From positions 126,914,001 through 126,978,000 of the forward strand of contig OZ024740.1 in NCBI GenBank assembly GCA_964016885.1: 64,000 nucleotides of DNA, written 5' to 3'. The position numbers and the translations under genes are program-made. Numbering within the stretch: the stretch's first letter is position 1; the number at the start of each line of letters is the position of its first letter. This DNA comes from Eledone cirrhosa. Taxonomy: Eukaryota. This document shows positions 41,860-56,855 of the stretch, piece by piece. The notes beneath the pieces are model-generated. The model saw nothing but the letters and a program-made list of their open reading frames with translations. It was not told where the DNA came from and made no database searches.

Positions 41860-43076
41860 AAAATAATAGAAACGTAAGCAGGGAGGCAGAGGCCTAACAT
41901 AAGTGCAGACATAATTTGAATGTCGCATCATATCCCTCCGATAACATCTACGAATCTCGAAGCGTAGGAGCCCGTCTCTCGAGAAAGTCTATCTGCATCA
42001 GACATATAAGATCATGAGAGTTGGGAAGGAACTTCTTGAAAGATATTCCCTTTGTGATAATCAAAACTCACACGAAGGGAAGCTGCTTAGCAGTATCGCA
42101 GTGTATGTATGGATGAAAAACTGCATGATTATCAGCAACAATACATGCAAGGATATATTGCCAGGAAGCCCAAGAATGATAGTAATATAGATAAACAACG
42201 TAGTCTATCTTGGACCAACAACCGCTATATTGACTCCCACTTTGAAGGATAAGCTTTTGCAATCCAAGAACAGGAAATCAATACGAAATACCTAATCCAC
42301 AAAAGAGATAAGGATGCAGGCAAAACACCTAGATGTGACAACAAGTGCAGATTCTGCAGAATTAACAATGAAGATGACACCCATGTCATAAGCAGCTGTC
42401 CAAAGATGTCATCGCGGTACTATCCCCTAGAAAAGATAGCCCCGATGACAAACACATTAAAAGCTACAGTAATGACGAAGGCATACTTATACACAATTGT
42501 TTCTACTTATGGTAGCAATTAATCCAGTGTATTACTGGGACTTTATTTTATCGACCCCGTAAGGTTGAAAGACAAATTAACCTCGGCGGGATTTGAACTC
42601 AGACCATAAATGACCGTAACTCTTTGCTGCAAAGCATGGTGTCCGATCTTCTACCGATACTGCCAATCCATATACATAATATGAAGGAGTACTCGTGGAA
42701 TGTTCCAGTAAAAACCCCAATAAAATGCAGGCATAACAAAATAGATATAATGATATGGGAGAAGGGAAAGAAGGCATGCATCGAGGTGGAAGTTAGCTGT
42801 CCAGTAGATGCCAATATAATATCAAAGATTAGCGAAAAGGAGAATATTTATGCAGAACTAATGAGAAATCTGCAGATACTCCACCCTGATAATACCTTCA
42901 GGTATATGCTTGTGTTTATTGGGGCACTGGGATATTTTATTAACTGCCTCAATAAACATCTTGAGAAGCTGGGCTTCACAGAAATAGAAATAACACAACT
43001 AGTTAGGAAATTACAAGTACAATCCATTAATCGAACAGTAAAAAATTGTAAAACATTCCCAAAATTCTGCATCTAA
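41860..43076 (+). mobile_element. 3' part of an R4/Dong-like non-LTR retrotransposon (CCHC knuckle + RLE endonuclease), split by a SINE
   Basis: GGRGL, FAIQEQEINTKYL, CRFCRINNEDDTHVISSC, HNKIDIMIW..CIEVEVSCPVD.N..K.SEKENIY..L, IGALG. Confidence 0.8.
42495..42670 (-). mobile_element. tRNA-derived SINE with ~10-bp TSD
   Basis: Reverse complement homolog of 52340-52528. Flanks tatacacaat (42488-97) and tatacataat (42671-80). Confidence 0.85.
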
Positions 43077-43347
43077 TGACTGCATATACACGTGTACAGT
43101 TACAAAGCATATGTATATGCGCACATACAACTCAAAACAAACACATCCACACATACAATACCATCCATACCTGCACAAACATGTATGCATGTATATATGC
43201 AGACATGCATACAAATCTACCTAGTTGGTATTGTGTAAATTCCAATGAGGGAGCTATGTAACTATGTTAGAAACCAACTCTCTCTCTATTGGCAAACGTT
43301 TGTAAAATTATAAAACCAGAAGAACGTACATACACACATACACACAG

Positions 43348-43418
<71 letters not shown>

Positions 43419-43448
43419 AAAGAATAGAGGTGTAACACACAAGTTATT

Positions 43449-44007
<559 letters not shown>

Positions 44008-44167
44008 CATATATATATATATATTTATTTAGGTTTGTTGGTTCACCACTGGATAGAACTGTTCAATTCCGTATGGTCAACCTCGATGTAATATTATGGA
44101 GAGTACTCAACGTAATGTAACTCACCCGTGTTCGTTTGCCTAGTTGGTGGTGCAAGTACGGAGTTAA

Positions 44168-46212
44168 TTATTATAAAATAACAACAGGAGGTTGGACTGG
44201 TGTAAATCCTTGAAAGGTTTATTATACTATTATCATTTCAATAACCTGGTTCAGTATGAATCCGGTGACATCATCAGGTATTCAAAATATAACAAAGGAA
44301 TATAACAGATAAAATCCATGGGGCTGAAAATCGGAAACAAGAGGACGACAACCATTTAGTAGCTTCTACCTCGGTCGGCCGCCCTCAAGTGTTGATTATT
44401 AAGTCTACTTATGACCATCTGGTGAGGGGGCGCAAGCTTATAATGTGCTAGTACCACCCCGTCAGCGTTGAGGTCATGCCTCAATCAAGCTGATTATGCG
44501 TGCTCGAAATTGCCGCGAAAAATGTTTTTTCAAAGAACATATATATTCAACAAAGACATATATGGTGGGCGTCTGTAATGTATAATGTGTGGACAGAAAA
44601 TTCGGTTAACAATTAGAAATGTTATATGTTTAGTGTTAGAAGATGAAATTAGAAAAATAAGGTTTAAGGTTTGGGTTGTGAGATTTATTTAAAGAATTTG
44701 CAGAAGGAGGCTTCTATGAAAAAGTTTAAGTGTATTATCACTTACATTTTCAGGGTAGGATACAGAGTAAATATTAAGCCCTTGCTTAATGGTCAATAAC
44801 CAGCAACGACTGCAAGCCCCCGGCCAACTCTCCCTAACAACGTGCCAATCCTTCCGAGTAATATCGTCTAGCGAAAGAAATGGGAATTAATTTTTTCCGA
44901 GCACTCATTATATACTTATCATTGTGCTCATTAGCACACGAACCTAGAATATTACTATCTGCACCCTTATATCTGTTTACCTTTATTCACTCCCCCTACA
45001 CTCAAGAACCACACTACATATAACCCGGACTAAATATAATCTATTTGCGCATTTCTTCGGATTTTACCGCCTTCATCCTAACATCACGGGTGTGAATAAA
45101 TAATACTCGTTTGGTACACGCGATGATCCGACGGATGTGGCGGCTTTACCGGCTGTACGCCAGGCGCCCGGCTAGATCAGCCTTCCTTGAGTGCTTGGAA
45201 AAATAAATTTCCCCTTCATTCGGTAAACGAAATTACACGGAACTGCCTCTTCGCCCTGGGGCCCTGTCAGACTTGGAACCCGCCGCGCCGCCGGCTTTGA
45301 CCGCCAAATAGTACCTTTAGATTCTAGGCTTAATCATAACTATTAACTGTCTCATGCATCCTTCTGCTAGCACTTAACTAAATCCCCCTCCTGTGTGAAT
45401 TACTAGTGATCGTTTGGTGTATACGATAGCCAGCCGGCGGTGGCGGACTTCCCGCGACTTCACACACGACGCCTAAGACAGATACATTCCTGGAGTGCTC
45501 GGAAAAATTAATTTCCATTTCTTTCGCAAAACGATATTACTCGGAACGATTGGCACGTAGTTAGGGAGGGCTGGCCGGGGGCCTGCAGTCGTCACTGGTT
45601 ATTGACCGCTAAGCAAGGGCTTAATCTTTACTCTGTATCCTACCTTGAAAATGTAAGTGATAATACACTTAAACTTTGTCATAAAATCCTCCTTCTGTAA
45701 ATTCTTTAACTAAATCCTACAACCCAAATCTTAAACCTTATTTTTCTAATTTCATATTCTAACTCTAAACATAAGTTTAACGTTTCTAATTGTTAACCGA
45801 ATTTTCTGTCCACACATTATACCATACAGACGCCCACTATATATGTCTTTGTTGCGGCAATTTCGAGCACGCATGATCAGCTTGATTGAGGCATGATCTC
45901 AACGCTGACATTTCTCTTTGACGAGGATGTAGTAGCACATTATAAGCTTGCGCCCACTCACCAGATAGTCATAAGTAGTCTTAATAATCAACAATTGAGG
46001 GCGGCCGACCGAGGTATAAGCTGCTAAATGGTCAGTCTTCCTCCTATCTCTGATTTTAAGCCCCATGGGTTTTATCTGTTATATTCCTTTGTTACATTTT
46101 GAATACCTGTTGACGTCACCGGATTCATACTGAACCAGTTTATTGAAATGAACATAGCATAATAAACCTTTCAATGATTCACACCCGTCCAGCCTCCTGT
46201 TATTTTATAATA
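44168..46212. mobile_element. ~2-kb non-coding element with ~740-bp diverged inverted arms and an HHR
   Basis: 44170-44910 is the reverse complement of 45490-46210. The spacer has related subunits (45085-45240 vs 45390-45545). TA tracts nearby on both sides. Confidence 0.85.
44224..44283 (-). ncRNA. Minimal hammerhead-like motif
   Basis: Minus strand: atac-CTGATGA-tgtcaccgg..ccaggttatt-GAAA-tgataa-TA-gtat. The partner arm has CTGTTGA. Confidence 0.55.
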
Positions 46213-46273
46213 TATATCTATATATATATATATATATATATACATATGTATATACATACATACAGAAACACAT

Positions 46274-46427
<154 letters not shown>

Positions 46428-46472
46428 AACTTAAATAAAAAGTCAAATGATTAAAATTTAGCTTCGTTTATT

Positions 46473-46527
46473 ACTGCTATATATATTTCAGTGACAGCCA
46501 TCTTTGGCTGTGACCTCTTCAGGCAGT
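46473..46527 (-). ncRNA. Minimal type I hammerhead ribozyme
   Basis: Reverse complement of 46770-46824. Confidence 0.85.
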
Positions 46528-46769
46528 TTGAATTAGTATGGTATAGACAAGTACATATGTTGTTGAGGTGTATAATATTGTCAATGCTCTGATATGCCCA
46601 GTTCCTGGTTGGGTTGTTATTTCACTGAGGAACTGGAATCATATGATTCCAGATATGATTCCAGTTCCTCAGTGAAATAACAACCCAACCAGGAACTGGA
46701 CATATCAGAGTATTGACATTATTATACACCTCAACAACATATGTACTTGTCTATACCATACAAATTCAA

Positions 46770-46824
46770 ACTGCCTGAAGAGGTCACAGCCAAAGATGGC
46801 TGTCACTGAAATATATATAGCAGT
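46770..46824 (+). ncRNA. Minimal type I hammerhead ribozyme
   Basis: actgc-CTGAAGA-ggtcacagcca aaga tggctgtcact-GAAA-tatata-TA-gcagt. Confidence 0.85.
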
Positions 46825-46973
46825 AATAAACGAAGCTAAATTTTAATCATTTGACTTTTTATTTAACTTTATTTTACACTACTCCGGAGTAAACAAACCA
46901 ACCTGCGCACTTCGTCGAGTGCTCCAGCCTGCATACTGAGGTGTTGGTATACAACCAAGATAAACTCAAAATC

Positions 46974-47015
<42 letters not shown>

Positions 47016-47179
47016 ATGGCGTAAAAGCAGAGAAGTATATTTTAAAATTGTTTTTCCTAAATCTGACAGAATGAATAATTTTAAAATTGTTCTATGAAAT
47101 ATAACCTGCTTCGTTTGGTATAAAAATCTTATGAAATATTATATATTTAAAACATATTTTTTCGTGTATTCTATGAGCA

Positions 47180-47284
<105 letters not shown>

Positions 47285-47933
47285 TGTGTGTTTTCTGTCA
47301 AAATCTCGTCTTCTATGTCGGTTCTTTGCGAAAGTTTTGTGGAGAAGGTATAAGTGGTGTACAACAGATCGGGAGTCAATTGTATTCACTTGGTTAAACA
47401 TGGAAAATGCTCTAACCATTCATAATATCTATATATAATTGATAGGCATTCTTGCTGAGGGTGTTTTGTGTGAGAATTAAGGTAGGGTTAAGTTATTTCA
47501 AAAGGTCAGTGTTTGGGGAATATGAAATAAGCTAAAAAAGTTAGAGTGGATAGAGAGTGTTTCTTTTGTGTTGAGATATGTGTATGTGTGCGTCTGTGTG
47601 TCGCTGTACGTGAGTATGTGTGTGCGTATGTGTTAACCCTTTTTATCTAGAGAACAAGTATTTTCTTTGGAGTTTGCAGATAAAAGCAAGTATAAAAATA
47701 TAAATATCATCAAAAAATATAGGTCTAAGCATGATCCCTATAGAAAAAAATTGTCCTATTTGGTGGGTGGGTGTCTATTAAAAAGCTTGAAGCCTCATAG
47801 AGAAGGGCAATTGCAGCAACTACATGGCAAAAGCCATAATTGTCACCAGTCCTGACTAATGGAAAGTAATTCGCTAAAATTTATCTAATTTTTCCTAACA
47901 ATTATATATAGATATATAGACACACACAAACGA

Positions 47934-48098
<165 letters not shown>

Positions 48099-49199
48099 TG
48101 CACAGGAGGAGAGAGAGACATATTAAGAAAATGTGATTGGAAGAATGGGGATGAGGAGGAATAGAGCTTATGCCACAAAAACGAATTAGTTACTTCAAAA
48201 CAACATTTGTATGTGTTTGTTTACCATCTTCTAATTAACTTTTCCATGGAAAGTTAAATGAATGTTTAGGATAATATTTAATACTTTATTGTAATTGAAC
48301 ATATTAGATACATCAGACGCTTTTTATTTTTCATTTTATATGCTTGACGGAATGATTTTATTATCTTTAGCTTTCCCAAAGACATTTAGATAGAATCAAA
48401 TTGTTATCAGAATAGCATAGAAACATAAAGTTCTGTCGAACTTTTCAAAGAAAGAAACTTTATCGCAGACCGTAAAAGTATAGCAAATTTCATATGAGCA
48501 CAGAAAGTGATAATTTTATAGAATTGAGTGTCGCATTCTCTTGTTTTGTTTTACGACTCCTTTGATTGTTACCATCTGTTTGTGGCTTCTCTCATAGGAG
48601 GGGATTGACAATCAAATATTATATACATTTTGTAGTTGAAAGGTCCACGGAAACTTGTTGTATCCGCAGCGCATCTTAACCATGGATTATGTCTCCTTGC
48701 ATTGCGCAACTTTACATTCTCCTTTCTCTGAAATTTAAGCCAAACCAAAGGGATTTCTATTTCTTAAACATAATGGTTATGTGAGCAATACTACCACTAA
48801 AACTATCTCTACTGCCCGTTTTGCATCAAACTACACAATCCATTCTTTATGTAAATCACGTTTTCACTCCTCCAGACTCACCACATCAAGTGCAAAATGA
48901 TCCCAGTTCTATTCAAACCAGCAAAGACCTGGCCCAGACAAGACCCTTTCAATTACCTTTTAAAAAAATGTCCTCCCTCATCTATCTCTCAGTGTCTTAT
49001 TATCAACAGAGGCAGCAACTTTGATTTGCCAAATTCCGTCTTATAGTACTCACACCAAATATCTCAACTCCGATGAAGATATCTATAAGCAGTAATCATT
49101 ACTGATCAGATATACATAATCCTCCATTTAATGGATATAATATATACTGGAGATACACTCTGCTATGCTATTTTATCCTCTAAAAATGTTCCCCTATAG

Positions 49200-49440
49200 G
49201 TGCCACGTGTCTCTAGACTCCTGAATCGGTGGCTTCCTAGCACGGCATAGTATTGTGGTGTATGCTGAGTTGGCTCAATGTAACTCATGTTCTATTAACT
49301 CTGGTGTATTCCTGAGTGTTGTTTTCTACTCCACATTCTATACATCAACGACAACCACACAATAATCTCTATTAACATCTATTCCTATGCAGTTAATGCA
49401 ACTTTTTATTTCCCTTCAACATTCTGTATTCAAATATCAT
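49200..49440 (+). mobile_element. Ancient LINE (CR1/Jockey-type) RT remnant
   Basis: INSGV, YIND and YSYA(V)NAT (cf. YADDT) in order, across frameshifts. Confidence 0.35.
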
Positions 49441-52339
49441 TCACATAAAACCTAGAGCCATGACGTAATTAAAGCCAATAATGCAATCATTGGCTCTTGG
49501 GAAACATGCAACTAGCGAGGCTAATATTCATCAAATGCCATACAAAATCAACGATGAAATAAAAAAAATAACGTCTATTCGTGGTGAATCGGTTATAGTA
49601 AAACTAAATATAACTAGCAGAGATTTACAAAACTTGTTGCATGATAAGTGACTGTGAAGGAAAGATATATGTTTACCTAGGAAACGAAACAATCCATGCT
49701 AAAAATATCACTATTTCTTTTATGTTTCTTTGTTTTATCTATTCGAATGTGACTACGAAAGACATGCATAAAATAGTGAAGATACTTATCTGATATAGAA
49801 TTGCAGCTTTATATATGCAGATATATGTTCTAACTGGTGCATAAAACTTAACTAGCATATTTATTAATATTATTACATTCAAGTACTAAGGACGATGTTA
49901 CCACCAAATTTGCAACTCATTTGGCGGTAGTACTGTAAATTAAAAGAATATTTTAATCTAAATTAAGAGGGAACACAAGGTAATTTGGATGACATTTTCA
50001 GAAATAATATCAAAAGTCTCGGCTGATGCCTTAATATCACGACATAACATTGAAAATAATGTTCAATAATGTAACAACGTCCTTTGCAATTGAATAAACC
50101 AAGGGACAGTTCTGATTGTAAGTAATATGCAGAAGCTCGTAGATAACGGAAGTCATGGAACGTATTGCGGTACTTGTATAAATATGGAAAATTAAAGGAT
50201 TTATTCAAATGTTGTAGACATAAAGAACACCCGAGCAGCGAAGTATATTTTCTATTTCTATTTACGAAATTTGATGTTTACCGCCAAACACGAACGTCGA
50301 ATAAGCACAGTGATATAGCATATATACTACCTGTTTTTGTCGATGCTGCTTCTTACACTTAATTAAGGAGAACTATGACCAAAGAGATATTATTCACGTC
50401 TCTGCCATTTTTCCCCAGCAAAAGTTTATCCAATGTCAGTTTTCTCATTTCTAAAAAGTATATGGTGCGTGATTTGAGGGATATTTGGCTGCTGTATTTC
50501 ATCATTTTGTATGTAGAATAGAACAGTGTTCCTTGTAGCTGTAGGACATATTCGCTCCTTCGTTTGGTAGATTGAAAAATTGTGTAAGATGATGACCTGT
50601 TAACACTTGTATGTCCTCTTTCTTAACTCTAGAAAAATGTTATGACATGCTGAAAACTGAACCTTTTGAATTTATCTTCTAGTGTTCTATTCATATCTAT
50701 GTTGGAGCACGAAAACATAACTCTAGTAAGCATAACTGATATATAAGCAAACAATAGAATTCAATAATGAAATATATTAGTTTAACACTTGATATAGTAG
50801 GAAAACGTCTTAAGTTTTCAGACACTAGACCTTCATCGGGAAATAAAAGATGATATAGGAAGATGCAGAGTGAGAAGCGGGAGAAATTGAAAATTATTTT
50901 GGAGATGTGTGTGTTCAGTCAGCCATTTATATACACATATGTGTGTATGAAAATGTATTCTTATCGCAGTTGCTTGAAAACGAGTTAGTTAATATATTCC
51001 ATATTTGTACACTAGATATTTATGTTATTGAATAAGTTACCATAATCATGTTGAATTATATACCTAAAGATTTTCACAATGACATTTGATTGAATTGCGC
51101 TGATCGTTTTAGAAACATTCTTGAAAGGGAATGACGATTTTAATTGCAAGATATTAATACTTGCTGTGTTGATTTATCTTCTTTTATGAATATTATAAAT
51201 TATTTTCGTTATTGCTGTTTTTTTGCGTAGATAGAATTGTAATAACCTCGTTATCTATTATGTTCTGATAGTTTCTCCCATCCCTTTGAATTTAGTTGAG
51301 GTTGAATCAAGATCTGTGAGGGGAAACGAAGCAGAAAGGTAAACATGTGTGGAAGCTTTCTAAATCCAATATCTGAAAGCAGTTTTTACAAAAAAGATGA
51401 TACCTGAACTGGATTGTAGAATATTATATTGTCATAAAAATAGAAAGCTATATAAAAACAAAGGTATTCGTGTAATATTATCTTACCAGTTGAAGCATTC
51501 TGCTTGTATGCAGATTAAATGATATGCAATCTAATAACAATATTGTTTTGATGGTTTCCCGCAGTGGACAGAACCCATGATGAAGTACAGCCTAAAATAT
51601 GTTTTACCCTATCATATCTATTCCATTACTTTTTAATATGGCAGTTATTTCATCGATCTTTGTCGGGAAATACAGACGAAAAACATATATACTCATATGC
51701 ATACATACTAGCATACGCACACAAACTCACATATTTATATGTATGTTTTTGCGATGAATTGCTTATATCAAATATCCCTTGCTAGTTCATTGGTAAACCC
51801 GTGTCTATAGTTGAATACACATATCCAAGTAGCTTTGTCGAGAGGTTGAACTTTAAACAGTGACATTTCAACCGTGTATATATAGAATAAGCTCCGCATT
51901 TAGAAATATTCGATATGACATAGCAGGGCGTGCATTTGTGCAAGATATTAGAGTAATATCACGTTTTTTAATGTTTGTTGGGGTATATAGGACTTCATAT
52001 TAAAAAGTTTTCCTACATTTTTGATAGGTCTAGTAATTTAAATTTTTATTGGAATACGTCAAAGAAACATTACGAGAGTATGATAAAGAACAATAAATAA
52101 AAAGTAAATGATAATAAACACAGCGTATAATTGTAACAAACGGGCATAATATGTGGCAATTGCAGTGAAGTATTATCTTTAGGCATAATACCGTACAGCT
52201 TCCTGAGCAAGTGTTGGATAAACAATAGTACAATGGTAAGATGTTTTAACACATGGAGAGAAAAAAAAAAAACAATTTAAAATCCAAAATAGTAATTAAA
52301 TAGAATTTTGTATGAATAGATGTGCAACATGTAAGTTCA

Positions 52340-52528
52340 GGATTGGCAGTATCAGTAGAGGATCGGACGCCATGCTTTGCAATAAAGAGTTGCGGCCCTT
52401 TATGGTCTGAGTTCAAATCCTGCCGAGGATAACTTTGCCTTTCATCTTTACGGGGTCGATAAAATAAAGTACCAGTAATACACTGGGATAATTGCTGGCC
52501 TTGTGCCAAAAGTAGAAACAATTATTAC
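52340..52528 (+). mobile_element. tRNA-derived SINE
   Basis: tggcagtatcagtag (A box), gagttcaaatcct (B box), body ggggtcgataaaataaagtaccagt, 3' end ccttgtgccaaaagtagaaacaattatta. Confidence 0.85.
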
Positions 52529-53226
52529 TATCACTTATGCTACTCACCCTGCTATAACAGAAAGTCAGGAGAAGAAGCATAAAAAAGCAGGCGCAATTAA
52601 AATGGCTAGTGTTAAATTCAAAACAAAAAGCATTTGTTACGTTTTCAGGGTGGTGTATTTAGGCGTAAAGTAATCTTTTTAATTTAAGCCCGGTATTAGC
52701 GTGTGACTAAGTATACTTGCGATTAAGAATCCTCGTGTAATATAGGGAGTTGTTTTAGGAAAGTGACTGGTCGAAATAAGAATCTGTCAGTCAGACTGTG
52801 ATGATTCGTAAGTTGAATTACACATGCAAATAAGTATTGACATATATAAATGAATAAAATATCACATACCCGCCCATATATAACATTACACTTATGAATT
52901 CGGAGTAGACAGTTTAATCCGTATATGTCACAAATGACACCATCATAATATTCAGTCGAAATTCATTATAGGATATAAGTATTTATGTATTTAAATGAGA
53001 TGAAATCTATAGGAATAAACATCAATAATAGGTTGGGTATGTTAGCAAGAAAAACAGATAATCTGCTTTGAAGTGTTTAGATGTCTAACTGCACTCTGAT
53101 CACATTCATATATATTTTCTATAAGTACTTAATTTAGTTAATATTCAATTGATGTCTCTGAAAATTGAATTAAGGTTTTCACTCCAACATAGCTGTATGC
53201 AAAGAAGTATATGTATTGTGTATATA

Positions 53227-54010
53227 CTAGCTGAGGTACCCGGTAATACCCGCGAGCGGGGGTATTCCCAGCAGTTCCCATTAAAATGCCCAATGAGTCT
53301 CAGACTAAAAAAGAAATCAAAATGTAGGACAGATAATCAAAAGCGAAGACAAATTCATTTACGAAACAATAATACAAACACATATTGTCGATTGCATTGG
53401 TCAGGCGAAAACATATTTATCAGAGAAGTTTAGTGTTTCTATAAGGAAAACAAATAGAACCCCCATTAGGGTATCTTAATATTATTGGAATTTGCTGAAA
53501 TGTTGTGAATAGGCATCATATCCTGTCATTTACCTATAAATCGAAGGGAAAAATATTCAGCGGGTGTTTTGTGCCTCCGGGGATCCCTTTGATTAAAATG
53601 AAATATACTTATCCAAGTACCCTGGGCAATGTAGTTTAAGAATATATGTGGTTATGGGGGTTTATCTCCAAAACGATAGGAGGCGTTCGTGAAAACCTGT
53701 TCCATTTATTGGACAAAACTTTCACTATAGGGTGAAAACGCCAATTAGGGATTCTTAATATTATTGAAATTTGCTGAAATTTTGTGAATAGGCATCATAT
53801 CTTATCCTTTACCTATGGTTTAAATCTCATATAAATCGAAGCGAAAAATGTTCAGCGGCGGTTTGAGCCCCTGAGGAACACCTTGATTAAAATGCGATAT
53901 ATGTAAAACAAGAAATGGCCATGAGCCCCATGCACGTGTCAAGTTTCATCAAGATCGGTTAGGTAGTTTTTTGAGTTTTAGTTTCACAAACAAACAGACA
54001 TAAAATACCA
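53227..54010 (-). mobile_element. Non-autonomous Helitron-like element with internal ~280-bp duplication
   Basis: The minus strand ends in CTAG|T after an imperfect GC hairpin (plus: actagctgaggtacccggtaatacccgcg). The other end has aagtttcatcaagatcggttaggtagtttt..acaaacagaca, typical of Lep1/HINE-like elements. 53465-53610 repeats at 53745-53900. Confidence 0.6.
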
Positions 54011-54017
54011 TTTATCA

Positions 54018-54328
54018 GCCGAAATAGTTATCACCAACAATTATCACTACCATTACCAAGAGGAAGGCAACGACAGTCACAGTGACAATAACAACGACCC
54101 CGCATCTTGGATGAAAGAAGGGATTCGAGCCCCAGCAACCAGCCTGGCAGCCGAAATAGGATATCGTTATCAACTACCAGTACCATTAACAAGAGGAAGG
54201 TTACGACAACAGCAGTGACAATAACAACAACAACATATATAAAAATAACAACAACAACATCTTACCATCAATCACTACCACCACCATTAACAAAAGGAAG
54301 CCAACCCCAGCATCAGTGACAATAACAA
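54018..54328. repeat. Degenerate tandem repeat rich in ACA/ACC
   Basis: accattaacaagaggaagg..cagtgacaataacaac occurs 3x. Confidence 0.7.
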
Positions 54329-54349
54329 CCTTAGGGTCATTCCGCGGTG

Positions 54350-56855
54350 AACAACCCCGTTTTCATTTTGTACATTCATCCATTCATTCATTTATTCATT
54401 TACTAACAATCTACTGTCGCGTGTTTCCCCCTCCATGCAACCACCCTTCTCTATTATCTTGTCTTCTGTCGCCTCCATGTCTGATGTAGGTGAGCTATGA
54501 GGCCTCACGCATACCAGCACTGTCCCTACCACCCACATGCAATTTTGCCTAGCACCTCGGCTCGTGACAACCAGCCACTTACCCTTGATGCCGCTTGGTG
54601 ACCCTGTCCCCGGCTCCACGCCCCATCCTCCATCCCCACCAGTCGACATCTGCAGCACTTGCAACACCATGAAGGGCAGAAGAGAGGCCGTAACTGTTCG
54701 GGGTGAGGCAGCTTCCACCACCTCACCTGTGTTGGTTTGACGCGTCGAGCTTCCAGTGCCCTCGCAGTGTGAAGATGCAGAAACTGTCTCTTCCCCTCGT
54801 CTGTCCAGCCACGGCCGTTGAGCACACCACCAGATGAGACAGCGAGCTTGCCTGATACCCAAGCCTCACTGGTCAACATTCTTCGTCTCAGCGGTTCCAG
54901 AAGATTCCGCTCAGGATCCCGAGAGCTGGCCCGGGTGCCGATAGCCGATGCCCTCGCTTCCTCGATCGAGACACCAATCAAGCCTGCGACTGGGGGTACC
55001 TCTTCGCAGCATTCGCCATCGGCCTCCCCAGCTCTGGCGTTGACCGATGCGTCCTGTCGACAGTAGACTTTTTCAAGGCCAATGTTTCGTCCTTTGGGCA
55101 AGCGCCGATACCAATCGTGCCGAAGGACGCCACAACCCCTGCTTTTGGGTGTCTCCAATCTACCACCCTTGAGGCCAGCGCCAAACGTTTGCGTAACTGC
55201 GTAAACGTTAAACAAACTAATCATGTGTGATATCATCGCTGCAGTCGGAGTGGTTGCCTCAGACGACACTGTCCTCCAACCCACCAAGGATAGCCCTGCT
55301 GCCCCGCGACTCAAGCACCCTAAGCCACCCGCTGACCTCCAACCCATACCACCATCCGATTCCCACCTGCTCTTTGTGGCGTCCGACGCGGACATCATGT
55401 CTGCCAACAAGTCCTTCCCAGCTAACAGCAGCGGACGTCCTGATGGTCTCCGACCAGCCCACCTCAAGGAGTTGCTATCTCCCCTCTCATGTGAGGCCGG
55501 GCGCCGCCTTCTGAGTGCTATTCTGGCACTCACCATTACGCTTATCCATGGCGCCCTGGTTCCTCACGCGCGAGGCCCCTTTTTTTCGGCTAGCCTCAGG
55601 AAGAAAGAGGATTGCATACGCCCCATCGCTGTGGGCAATGTCTTTCGGAGGCTGGCTGCTAAGGTGGTCTGCAGGTCAATAACATCTGAACTGGGTGTCG
55701 GCGTGTCTGGTGGCTGTAAGATGGCCGTACATACAACCATACAGTTCTTCAATAGCTGCCCACTGGCATTCAGAGACTCCAGGCACCTCATTGTCAAGCT
55801 TGACATGAAGAATGCTTTTAACTGCATATGCCGGGACCATCTGCTCAATGCCTGCCTCAGCCGCGCCCCCTCGCCTACCCGCTGGCCTACTTGTCACAAG
55901 GAGCCCCGAGCATGCTCCTTGCTGCTGACACGGTCATACCTTCGGCTACTCTGGTCCAACAGGACGACCCTCTGTGCCCCCTCCTGTTTGCCGTTGGTAT
56001 TGACCTTTTTGCGGTCCCTCTCAACGCTTGGTACCTGGATGATGCTACGTTGGGCAGACACGTGAAGACTGTCTGCCATGGTGGGAATCGGCCTCCAGGT
56101 CAACTCGTCTAAGTCGGAGATGGTGAATGTCAGCCATGATGCTGAGAGCTTTGCAGCCTCCGTATTATACGTGCGGTCAATTCTCCGCCAGGTACTGGTG
56201 ACCTCCAAAGAGTATGTCCTCATCCTCGGGTCACCAATCCCCTCACCGGCCATCCGCTCCACCATCAGGTCTAAGCTCCAACAACTCCAGACCCTTCACG
56301 AGCCGTCTGGGCTTGATTGATGGCCACCCAGCACTTTCCTGTTGAGGAACTGCTTCGCCATGCCGAAGCTCCTCTACGCCCTTCGCAGCGCTCCGTGCTA
56401 CAGCCACGCATCTCTCCTCGCTGATCTCGATATTTGTATCCGAGCGGCAGGTGAGGAGATATGCAACGTCATTAGATGGAAACAGGCCACTTTACCTGCT
56501 TTGGCCTCCAGTCGCGGATCTCCTTGACTTTGCCGGCTTTTCTTTCATCAGCAACATCATGACGCGTCCTCGTCAGTAGGGTACTCCACAACGCAATAGA
56601 ACTCTCTGTGTTTGGGGATAGTGAGCTCGCCTGCTAGACGTGGGACAGGCTGGGACTTAGCCCGATAGACGTCCCTCCTCCTTCTTCCCCAGCTGGCGTC
56701 AAGTCCCCCCAAAGCGTATTAGATGCCATCCACTGCCGCGTGGCCTCAGACAGGCTCACGGGTCAGCTCGACCAGCACCGCCTTGCCTCTTTCACGCGGC
56801 TTCCAAACCCCACAGTGGTGCCTGGCTCCATGCCTTACCCTCCCTCTCCACTGTT
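54350..56855 (+). mobile_element. CRE-clade non-LTR retrotransposon, disrupted and 3'-truncated
   Basis: SFPANSSGRPDGLRPAHLKEL, KKEDCIRPIAVGNVFRRLAAK, LGVGVSGGC, KLDMKNAFN, VQQDDPLCPLLF, WYLDDATL, GLQVNSSKSE, CFAMPKLLYALRSAP, SGAWLHALP. N-terminal CxxC..H motif. GC-rich relative to flanks. Confidence 0.88.

Noticed and set aside
52340-52430. tRNA gene
   Set aside because: Only A/B-box similarity with no cloverleaf. It continues into a SINE body present in three copies.
54526-55536. 336-aa minus-strand ORF
   Set aside because: Antisense shadow of the GC-rich CRE element.
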